Shown: positions 23,790 to 32,933 of the stretch, in pieces
How the letters are laid out: each line of letters starts with the position of its first letter
Position numbering within the stretch: the stretch's first letter is position 1
NCBI GenBank assembly: GCA_049999805.1
Contig: JBNGIO010006309.1
Span: 1 to 32,933, forward strand
DNA length: 32,933 nt
Origin: Folioceros fuciformis
Taxonomy: Eukaryota
Reading direction: 5' to 3'
Program-made: the position numbers and the translations under genes
Notes under the pieces: model-generated
Told to the model about the DNA's origin: nothing
The model's input: only the letters and a program-made list of their open reading frames with translations
The model's database searches: none

Positions 23790-24285
23790 AGTAAGTAATA
23801 GAGCATGGTAGTGCAAGAGCAGTGATGGAGCGTGGTTGTATGGAGCATGAGTGATGATGGAGTGTAGAAGAGTAAGAGTGATGATGAAGCAGGGTAGTAT
23901 GAAGCATGAGTGGTGATAGAGTGTGTTAGAATGGAGCATTACCAGTTTGGTGGCGGAGCATAAAGCAGTTTGATTAGAGCATGGTAGATCAGGAGTGGTG
24001 ATGGAGCATGGTAGATCAGGAGTGGTGATGGAGCATGGTAGAGCATGAGTGGTGATGGAGCATGGTAGAGCATGAGTGGTGATGGAGCGGTGATAGAGTG
24101 TGTTGGAATGGAGCATGACCATTTTGGTGACGGAGCATAAAGCAATTTGATGTTGGAGCGAGAGCAACGATGGAGCATGAGTAGTGATGAGGTAAGTAAT
24201 GGAGTACCGTAAATCAATAATGATAATAAATCCTAAATAGTAATGGGATGAGTGGTGATGAACGATGATGGAGCATGGTAAAACA
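23790..24285. repeat. Degenerate GAGCATGGTAG/GAGTGGTGATG minisatellite with a 27-bp core unit and a 177-bp higher-order repeat
   Basis: GAGCATGGTAGATCAGGAGTGGTGATG x2 then GAGCATGGTAGAGCATGAGTGGTGATG x2 (~23977-24084). The block GAG(T/C)GGTGATAGAGTGTGTT.GAATGGAGCAT...GGAGCATAAAGCA.TTTGAT occurs at 23908 and 24085. Confidence 0.85.
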
Positions 24286-25119
24286 TGATCAAGAAACAAG
24301 AAAATAGGTAAGTACATATACACTACTGTCATACATATGTAGGTTGGTACAAGAAGAGTAAGGCTCAAAGGTGCAGAGTAAGGCCCTTGAGTGCAATGAG
24401 TGTAATGCCTTAGCTATGTTTAAGGCCTCATTAGGGTTGGGATTGCCATCAATGATTTGTTTCTCTAATTATCATTGGCATGATAGTAGAGCACATTTGG
24501 ATTTAAACTTTTAATAGTGTTCTTCCGTTTTTTTTTTTCTACTTTTAAGATATATTACCTTGTGGTTAAGAGTTTAATAGAGTAAGGTAGGAGTGAGTAG
24601 GTTTTGGAGTGTGCCAAGGAGCATGGGTCCTACTTCATTAGCTTCCACCAAGGACACAATGATTTCAATGGGTTTACATAGGAGGCCTAACTTAGACAAT
24701 CTTTTCTTCTATGGTGGTCCGTAGGGTCGTAGGAAGGAATAACCTTCAATCCCCTTCTTCAGAGTTTTGGTGATGGTTGATGGCTGCATCTGCTCACTTC
24801 CTCGCAATATTTGAGGCAAGTTTCTTGGACCACATCTATTCAAGTGCCTTCCACAATGTCTTTATAATGACGTTCGATTAGCTTATTGGCTTCCTTTGGA
24901 GTGGCTAGCAATAGATTCCTAGGATAAGTTGCTTGGGCTTTCATCCTTTTAGATGACTATCTATATTTTAGATTGTTGTTATAAACCTAAAATACAACTT
25001 TTCATGGATAGATCCTTTTATCACTACCTTAAGAACAGAGATTGGAAGCCGCCTCTATTTTTTAAGTGACCTCTTAATAAAGTGTAATAAGCAAACGCGT
25101 TTACTATGCTCGAATGTTC

Positions 25120-25437
25120 TTCCACATAACAAACTGGTGCTAAACTTAGCAATAACATCATACTTAGATGACATTTTTAGCGGGAGTGAATGCTTGTACT
25201 ATAAATAAATAAAATACATAAGTGGAGTACAAGAATTTTCTAGGCATTGAAATGTATGAGAAAGATTTTGTGCAAGTGGACTTCTATGTTTTTCCACATA
25301 ACAAACTGGTGCTAAACTTAGCACTTACATCATACTTAGATGGCATTCTTAGCAGGAGTGAATGCTTGTACTAGAGGAGTACAAGAATTTTCTAGGCACT
25401 GACATGTATGAGAAGGATTTTGTCCAAGTGGACTTCT
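25120..25437. repeat. Tandem duplication, ~172-bp period; the second copy has a ~20-bp deletion
   Basis: TTCCACATAACAAACTGGTGCTAAACTTAGCA...CAAGTGGACTTCT starts at ~25120 and ~25292. Confidence 0.9.
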
Positions 25438-26288
25438 CTCTGGTTTAGTCAATTGTTTGCAGAACTTTTGCGTGGCTGAGTTTTTTCAATTTGTCCCGTT
25501 TATCTTCATGTAGAAGACTTCTTCCCTATCTTCCTTTTCATTTTGAAGTCTTCCTATTTCCTTTGAATGGGTTCACATCAGTCACCAACATGTAGAACCT
25601 TGTTTTCTTCTGACCTGGACAACTTTCTTTTATTTTATTGCTCCCTCAAGGAGCGCGCCAGACTCCTTTTCAACGAGTATTGAACGCCAAAAGTTGGTAT
25701 AAAAATATGGCTTCACCGAAAGGCAAAGATCTGCGGGTTGCTTTCCTTTTCTTTTATCTTGAACGACTGGGAATGACGTCTAAATACCCCCACAGAAAAG
25801 AAATACAGGCAGGTACGTTACCTGCAGCTGAACTACCTACGACAAGCAAGCAGGCCGGGTAATAGCAGAGCAGGCCAGTTCGAGAAGTGGACACAAGAAT
25901 CTATGAGACGAGTTTGAAGTAGGGAAAGGCAGCCCACAGTGCTGCAGCTTCTTGGCTTTCCCACAGGACGTTTCGGCGAAGCCGCAGGGTTTGGGCCTCC
26001 CGACCTGGTGCTGCAGGGCACTGGCCAGGTCGATCCACTCGCGGCCTTGCTGTAAGCGTGTAAGTTACGAGGCTGCTGCCTTGTTGTGGCTTTGCTATGC
26101 CTTGCTTGGTTTGGTCAACCCTGCAGATGCGGATCTGTTTCTGACTTGTTCCGTCTCAGCTTATGTGACGCCCAGATACGTCGCCATTTGGTGTGGAAAG
26201 GCTGCAATTTGATTGCTTCCGAGCTCCTCCTCACGGTTTCTCGGCGTCGTACGTGCTACAGGTTTTGCGGATCGGTAGACCCCGAGCC

Positions 26289-27617
26289 ATGGGGGGCGGG
26301 GTTCGGAGAGCCGCGCTTCCAGGCTGCTTGGGACTGGCTTTCTTCCTGTTGCTCGCGCTCCTGCCGCTCTGCAATGCTGACATCGTGCATTCCAGTATTA
26401 AGGATGATAACCGGAACATTATAGTGTTCGAGACCTTCGGGTTTGGCTCCCAGGGTCAGGTGGATGTCATTCTCAATAGTCTTGATGTGCCGACGGTGGA
26501 CAAGGCCGGCGTTGTGTCCATTCACTCCATGGGGTTTTTCCTCATCACAGGGGAGGCCCGTCTGCAGGTTCTGGTGGATCAGGAGCAAAATCCCAATGAG
26601 TGCCCGCTGGATGACCAGCACGTCAAGCTTTTGTTCCGGCTGCAGGATGTGGCTAAACTCCCTTTCACCTATAAAACCGGCGTCAACGCGGATGAGTATA
26701 CGCTTATGTTCGCAAACTGCGAGGGGAAGCAGGTATCTATGGAGGTCACCACTGAGATGTACAATTGGGTGAAAGGAGTGAAAAGCTACCTCCCTGCAGG
26801 TCAGACGCAGCTGCCGTCTCTTTATTTCTCCTTTGCCACGATTTATGTCTTGCTGTTCGTCGTCTGGGTGTACGTATGCTTGAAGCAGAAAGAAACGGCC
26901 CACTCCATCCATCTGCTCATGGGGCTCTTAGTTTTCTTAAAAGTGTTGAATTTGATGTTCGAGGCGGCTGACAAATCTTACGTGGAGAAGACTGGGACAC
27001 CCCATGGATGGGATATCGCCTTCACAATATCCAGCTTCTTCCGGGGAGTGATGCTCTTCATAGTCATTGTACTGATCGGTACAGGCTGGTCCTTCTTGAA
27101 GCCGTTTCTGCAGGACAAGGAAAAAAAGGTTCTCATGGTGGTCATTCCCTTACAAGTCATGGCAAACATAGCCAATATTGTGATTGAAGAGACAGGGCCT
27201 GCCTCAAACCGCAGCTGGTTGACGTGGAAGCAAGTGTTTCTCCTGTTCGACCTCATCTGCTGCTGCGCAGTCTTGCTCCCCATCGTCTGGTCGATAAAGC
27301 ATCTTCGAGAAGCATCTCAGACAGACGGCAAGGCTGCCAGAAATGTGGTGAAACTCACCTTGTTTCGGCATTACTACATTGTTGTGGTGAGCTACATCTA
27401 CTTCACGCGGATTGTGGTTTTTGCGCTCAAGACAGTGACGACTTACAACTATCGGTGGACAAGTGATCTTGCGGAGGAGCTGGCCACTCTTGCATTTTAC
27501 TTATTCACTGGCTATAAGTTCCGGCCTGTTCCTCACAATCCCTACTTTGTGCTTGACGAGGAGGAGGAGGAAGCCACAAGGGAGGCGGCTCTCAAAGACG
27601 ACGATTTTGAACTTTAG
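26289..27617 (+). CDS. Lung seven-transmembrane receptor family protein (GPR107/108; plant CAND6/CAND7-like), intronless CDS, 442 aa
   Basis: ATG 26289 is followed by a signal peptide (LAFFLLLALLPLCNA|D), a luminal domain (EYTLMFANC, YLPAGQTQLP) and seven hydrophobic segments. Family motifs: GTPHGWD, LIGTGWSFLKPFLQDKEKKVLMVVIPLQV.ANIA, WSIKHLREASQTDGKAARN..KLTLFRHYY, C-terminal NPYF.LDEEEE...DDDFEL. Confidence 0.93.
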   Translation: MGGGVRRAALPGCLGLAFFLLLALLPLCNADIVHSSIKDDNRNIIVFETFGFGSQGQVDVILNSLDVPTVDKAGVVSIHSMGFFLITGEARLQVLVDQEQNPNECPLDDQHVKLLFRLQDVAKLPFTYKTGVNADEYTLMFANCEGKQVSMEVTTEMYNWVKGVKSYLPAGQTQLPSLYFSFATIYVLLFVVWVYVCLKQKETAHSIHLLMGLLVFLKVLNLMFEAADKSYVEKTGTPHGWDIAFTISSFFRGVMLFIVIVLIGTGWSFLKPFLQDKEKKVLMVVIPLQVMANIANIVIEETGPASNRSWLTWKQVFLLFDLICCCAVLLPIVWSIKHLREASQTDGKAARNVVKLTLFRHYYIVVVSYIYFTRIVVFALKTVTTYNYRWTSDLAEELATLAFYLFTGYKFRPVPHNPYFVLDEEEEEATREAALKDDDFEL

Positions 27618-28503
27618 GAACCTTGCAAGTGATTTGTTTCATTTCAGCACTCTGAATTAGGTCTATGCTTGGCCACTCATGGGAAAGATTTCTCTTTTCC
27701 GTGAAGAGAGCCCAGATGAAGCAACAGCTCATGCAGAAGCCCCAGAAATATGCTGGCCTGTGTGCAGCAAGGTGGCATGCTTCCTCAAGTTCCGTCCAAC
27801 TTCTAGGTGTCACTTTTGGGGCAACTTGATGTGTAAGTATCTCAGTAGAGCGTGGGCTGCACGAGAATTCGTTTGCAGAATTCCTTTTCCAGACTCCAAC
27901 TTTGAGGGCCTCATGCTTACACCGCATCTCGACCCCGGTGCGGCTGATCTGACATAAGATTGGCAGATGCAGGTGAAGCGAATTGATTTTAGCTTTTTTT
28001 TGACCCGGTGTGTTCCAGTATTCCCTTGTGAGGGACGAACAGGTGACAAGTCCCTAGGCGGCAATGAACTGTGATTTTGATGCACGCAGCGCCTCATTGA
28101 GAACGTCAATACGTACTGCAATTTGCTCACGGTCACAGACAATTCCGACCGTCTCCAGCCAGTGAAGATTGTTTGACTCGGCAGCCGTGGCACAAAACCA
28201 GCCGGTCGGATGCGACACCTGGAGGCGGTCGACATGCATGAAGGGCTCTACCACATAACAGTGCGGGCAAGCAGACACGTGGCCGTCCACATGTCCCCTG
28301 TGTACGTTGTGCTTCCAGGAGGCCAGCCTTGGCTCCCAAGTCTGGTGGATGCAATGTGCGTCCTCAAAGCATCGTTGCGGAAGCTCTTTGGCTGAATCCC
28401 TTAGGCTGCCGCGGTGTCTGAGGCGGGGGTACAGCAAGTAAACGGGTCAACGTGTAACGATTTGTGAAGGATTGGCAGGAGCGCAGGGCTAAAAGCATCC
28501 ATC

Positions 28504-29470
28504 ATGGCAGCCAAGGAGGAAGGCTACTACCAGTCCGGCTATGGGGCGGGTACGGCGTCCCCGACGCAGCCAGCAGCAGATGTGCCCGCCGTCGTTCCTC
28601 CCGAGGAAAGGCAGACTTATTACATCAACATCCCGATCAGAGCGCTCACTTCGGATGTGGAAGAGGAGCACTTGGAGAGGCTGGCACTGTACTACACCAT
28701 CTTCGGAGCCATTTTCGTGGCCGTTGGCGTAGTCGGCATCGTGTTCCCCATCGTCTTTGCTCTGGCTGTGGAGCAGCTCATAGCGTGGCTGCTGGTTCTC
28801 ACTGGCGCCGTCTCGCTTCTTCATTTCCTGCTCGTCTGCGGCGCACCGGGGACTACGTCATTCTTGCTTCTCGGATTTCTTCATCTTGGTGTCGGCATAT
28901 GGATGCTCCTACAGCCGATCGCGGGCGGGACGATGCTCCTCTTCGTCCTTGCCGGGTGGTTTCTAGCTCATGTTTGTCGCATCTCCTTTCTCTTGGATTG
29001 TTTTTGTGAGCGGTTTGTTGATGAATCCGCAACCTGAGACCGGCAGTAATACGCGTGCGTGTGCTGGCAGGGAGTGTTGAAACTGCTCATGGCATGCCAA
29101 GTGCGGCAAATGAGCTCCTGGCCGGCAGTTTTGGTCAGCGGGCTACTGTCCATCATCCTTGCGTTCACCATTCTAGCCCTTGCGCCGACATACGGGCTGG
29201 TGCTGATAGGAATTGTGTTCGGATCCGACTTGCTTGTGTCCGGGCTATCCATGCTGTTGATCGCGTACATGGCCTACTTAGGTGAGCTTTGGTGGCTCCT
29301 GTCTGAAGTTGTCTGAAACTTGCAAAATTGTTCTCATCAGGGGTTAAGGCACTAACACGATGGTTTTCTCATCAGGCCGAAGATCTCGGGCTGCCTCTGA
29401 TGCACAACGAGAACCTCTTCTGCCAGGACCCGGCCAGGTTGCAGGCAGCCGTGCTGCTCCAGGAGCTTAG
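28504..29470 (+). CDS. HdeD / DUF308-like polytopic membrane protein; 3 exons, 257 aa
   Basis: Exons 28504-28971, 29071-29281 and 29376-29470 total 774 nt in frame with GT-AG introns. About six hydrophobic helices with the Gly-patterned hairpins of HdeD-type proteins (FGAIFVAVGVVGIVFPIVFALAVEQLIAWLLVLTGAV; LGFLHLGVGIWMLLQPIAG; GWFLAHGV; SGLLSIILA; LIGIVFGSDLLVSG). The exon 3 acceptor is less certain. Confidence 0.75.
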
Positions 29471-30212
29471 AGGGTCAGCATCGGGCTTTTACTTCATGAG
29501 ACATCGATTCTGCGCCCGACTGTCTTGTTGTGCCTCCGGCAGTTGCAGTGTCCTTCGACAATGGCACGTCACCGTAACGATCATGTATTAAATACAGAGG
29601 AAATGTTTATGTGTACTGGGACCCTGTTTTCAGTTTGTGTTGTCTGCCATTGCATTGTAGCTTGATGGTCTGTCGACTACATCGCTCCGAGCCGATCAGC
29701 TTTCTTATCACCTCTTGACACGCCTTAGGAACTTGATTAGGCTGAGGCTGTGTGCACCTCACTATATAGCACTGGGCCGTTTATTTGGTAGATGTGAGAA
29801 AGCTCCAGTTTGCTCCAGGTCCCACCGATTCGTGTCCAACAATGGGTTGTAAAATATACACATGAGGGGATATCCGGTGATGCCTTCAGCCAACACTTAT
29901 CCCTGCCAACATTTGGTTCCTTAGGCTCTGGGGTGCTCTTAAGGATTGATACTCTTAAGGATTGATATTTAAGAGTCGCTTTCCATGTGTACCCCAACCA
30001 AATCAATGTGGACAAAATAAGTTATAGGGCACTTTCCATGTTCCATAACACTTGCACGTGGCCAAAAACCAGAAAGTGCTAATGCTAGATTTTAAGTGCC
30101 AGATTTTAAGGGCGCTGACCGGGACTAGTATTGTGGTTTTATATTTTACCTATTTTACATTTTATATTACCAGCATAAATTATAGTGTAAATTATGGGAC
30201 CCTTCATAAGGG

Positions 30213-30305
30213 GTCTAAACCCTTGCTTACTCTCATGCTGCCAGTCTAAACCCTTGCTTACTCTCATGCTGCCAGTCTAAACCCTTGCTTACTCTCATGC
30301 TGCCA
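30213..30305. repeat. Three perfect tandem copies of a 31-bp unit at the LINE 5' junction
   Basis: GTCTAAACCCTTGCTTACTCTCATGCTGCCA at 30213, 30244 and 30275. Confidence 0.97.
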
Positions 30306-32861
30306 AGTGTGTTGTCCTCCGTTCTGCTTTATTCCTCTCTTCTTCAGACACCCCTCCTCTTCCCCGTCCGCTGCTTCCCTTTTCCCATGGCCCACCCGTG
30401 CTTTGCACGAGGTGCAGGAGGCTCTCTTTGGTGCGAAGGCCTAGAAAGCGGCAGGCCCAGACACTATTGCTGCAAGTTTTCTTCAGAGGGGTTGGGACCT
30501 CCTCAAACAATTTTACTTATATATCTTCCAGGCCTGCTCCACTTTGGGTTATCATCCTTTGACGTGACGTCACTCGCTCACCATCATTTTCCGCAAACTG
30601 AATCAGGCTAATTATTCGTTACCCCGCTCATATCGCCATATTGCTCTTCTTAATTGCTTAGGCAAGGCCCTGGAGGGTTTTATGGCTTCACGTCTCTCCT
30701 TCTTTGTTGAGAACAATTATGGCCTCCTTCCCTCCGGTCATTTGGGGGGTCGGCCGGGTTGGAGTACAAGCGATGCAGCAGCTCTCCTTGTTCAGGATAT
30801 CCGTCAGGCTTGGGTCAACGACATGTTCTCTCCCTGCTCCTCATGGATATCAAAGGAGCATATGACTCAGTTAACCATCAGATTCTCTTATCTATCTTGT
30901 GCAGGAAGGGTCTTCCAACTCCGCTGATCCATTGGGTCTTCCACTTTCTGTCTCAATGGGCGACGACACTTTGCCTGGATGGTCAATATAACACTCTTGC
31001 TCCCATCAGTTCTGGGTTACCCCAGGGTTCGCCAATCTCGCCTATTCTTTTCCTATTCTTCACTTCTGATCTCATCACTCAACTTCAAATCATGGGTGGT
31101 GGCACTGGCTGGATTGATGACACGGGAGCATATGTCACTGCTCCTTCATGCAAAAAGTCTACAAAAACCCTTCAGGCTATGCTTCGTGTGGCATCGGAGT
31201 GGGCCTCCACGCACCTCGTGGAGTTTGATTCTAACAAGTTTGAACTTATTCATTTTTCCCTGAAGCGTAAGGAATCAACAAAGGAATATACTCTTTTGCT
31301 ACCTGATGGTTCCCTTATCACTCCCTCCAAGTGTATTAGGTTTTTGGGCTTCTATTTGGATTCCAAGTTAACTTGGAACACGCATGTTCATCAGGTTTCG
31401 GCTTCCGCAATGCGTACTTTGTCAGCTATAATCTCTCTTAGGAATTCAGTTTGGGGCCTCAATGCCAAGCTTCTTCGACAATTATACATCAGTGTTGTCC
31501 TGCCCAAGCTCGATTACGGCTGCAATGTCTGGTTCAATGGAGGTCGTACACACATTCAACACCTCCAACGGGTCCAACGTCTAGCCTGTAGGGCCATTAC
31601 TGGTGCGTTTCGAACTACCTCCACTGATGCCCTAGAATTTGAAGCTTTTCTTTTGCCCATGGAGTTGCGCCTCCAACGCCATTCTCTCCGTTCTCTCCTC
31701 CGCAACGACTCCTGCCCTCCCTCTCACCCCATCCATCAAGTCTTTCTTCCTATGACTAACTACAAAAAACGCTACCACAATGCTATTCGCAGTCGCCTCA
31801 CACTCCTTTCCCCTAGAACTCTGTACTCCGCTTTAGGACTGCCCACCTCCACCGCCATTGAGACTATTTTTCCTCGACTCGTGCCTCCCTGGGCCTCTCC
31901 TCTTTCTTTACCCACAACCATCGTAATTTTACAATCTCCCACTTTTGCTATTGCCTCACATTCCCTACATCTTTTGACTCCTGATGCCCTTGCCATTTAC
32001 ACGGATGGTTCTCTTCTGGATGGTCATGCCGGGGGCGCAGCTGTTTTCTACTTCAATGGGGATATTGTCCATCAATTATCTTTTGGTTTAGAAACATACT
32101 ACGGGGTTTATGAGGCAGAACTCCTCTTTGTGGTCAAAGCAATTTCATGCCTGGGCACCCTCTTTGCTTTCATCCCCATGATTTCATCAATTACAATTTT
32201 CCTTGATAATCAACCAGCTATCATGTCTTTAACGGACACTTCGGCTCGCCCAGCCCAAGCTATATCTCTCCAAGCTAGGACATCTCTCCATGCCTTCTCG
32301 GTTGCTCATCCGGAGGTTTCCCTTAATCTCCACTGGATTCCGGGCCATCACAATATAGTTGGTAATGAGCATGCAGATGTAACCGCCAAGGCTGCCACTC
32401 TTCTTCCCATTTCCCGCGAAGACCGGATCCTATCAGTGTCCAGAGCTAGCTAGCAAATTCATGCTGCAAGTCTACAGGAGTGGTGTTTACGGTGGGTTTC
32501 CTCAACTAAGGCTTCTGCGCTTAAGAGGGTGGTGCTTGGTGGCCCTTCGGCCTCGGTGCTACAATGCCTTGGTCTCCATGACCGTAAGCTCTCATCATTT
32601 CTCACCCAGCTTTGGACTGGGCATATGGCTATTGAGGCTTACTTTAAGAGATTCAACATTGCAGAGGATCCTTTTTGTCGGAAATGCAGGTCTTTAGAAG
32701 AAACTTGTCACCACATCCTTGACCAGTGTGTGGCCACTCGCAACACTTGGATCCATATGTTTCAAGGCTCTTGCTACGATATCCGCCAACTTCTTAGGGT
32801 TCCCAAACTCAGGGAAAAACTTCTCTCTTACTTCAAGGCGATTGGCGATTACTTAACTTAG
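30285..32861 (+). mobile_element. 5'-truncated non-LTR retrotransposon (LINE) ORF2 pseudogene: RT + RNase H + CCHC, Tad1/I-group-like
   Basis: KAAGPDTI, LGYHPLT*RH, NYSLPRSYRHIALLNCLGKALEG, HLGGRPGWST, DIKGAYDSV, GLPQGSPISPILF, WIDD, RFLGFYLDSKLTW, RAITGAFRTTST.ALE. RNase H: YTDGS...YEAEL...DNQ...WIPGH..GNEHAD..AK. C-terminal QLWTGH..C.KC....ET..H....C. Stops at 30442, 30565 and 32451 and a frameshift near 30815-30826. No ORF1 or endonuclease; the 3' tail is not seen in the window. Confidence 0.92.
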
Positions 32862-32933
32862 GCTTATTGACATAGCTATCTAGATTTGCTATTTTGTTTG
32901 CTCTAATCCTCTTTCTTTTGCGCTTTCCCAAAG

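Larger units (their letters stand above)
17410..23869. repeat. 239-bp tandem duplication whose second copy is split by the copia insertion
   Basis: Copy 1 is 17410-17648. Copy 2 starts at 17649 (TCAAGAAAtATCTAAAAGAATTACTC...), breaks at 17712 and resumes at 23695 (AGTGCtTTCACTTAGCAATTCACAAGGGAGCGG...) to ~23869. Confidence 0.9.

Noticed and set aside
26193-26288. N-terminal extension of the 7TM ORF from a GTG start
   Set aside because: The signal peptide follows ATG 26289; the upstream part probably overlaps a 5' UTR intron (GTAAG near 26052-26060, CAG ending at 26261).
30213-30305. CRISPR-like array (31-bp repeats; likewise the 27-bp units near 24.0 kb)
   Set aside because: The units are head-to-tail with no unique spacers, there are no cas genes and the context is eukaryotic.

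Overview
Eukaryotic nuclear DNA from a land plant with a compact genome (short GT-AG introns, mostly ~80-130 nt, genes closely packed). A ciliary-type KIF12/kinesin-16 gene points to a seed-free lineage with flagellated sperm; a hornwort or lycophyte is my inference, not something the sequence proves. Four spliced genes lie in tandem on the minus strand: a PAT10-type DHHC S-acyltransferase (missed by the ORF track, rebuilt from exons), an AT-rich KIF12-like kinesin, thylakoid cyclophilin CYP28 and a PTI1-like kinase. A ~10.5 kb repeat/TE island (~15.0-25.6 kb) follows. It holds a full-length, stop-disabled Ty1/copia element with 201-bp non-canonical TG...CT LTRs, a Met PBS and a TTAAA target-site duplication, inserted into a tandem duplication next to a 27-bp minisatellite. 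On the plus strand are an intronless Lung-7TM/GPR107 (CAND6/7-like) gene, an intron-containing gene resembling the bacterial HdeD/DUF308 family, and a 5'-truncated LINE with RT, RNase H and CCHC domains that looks Tad1/I-group-like rather than plant L1/RTE. The most notable items are the HdeD-like gene and the Tad1-like LINE (both candidate horizontal acquisitions) and the compositionally anomalous kinesin locus. All family assignments come from motif recognition, not database searches.
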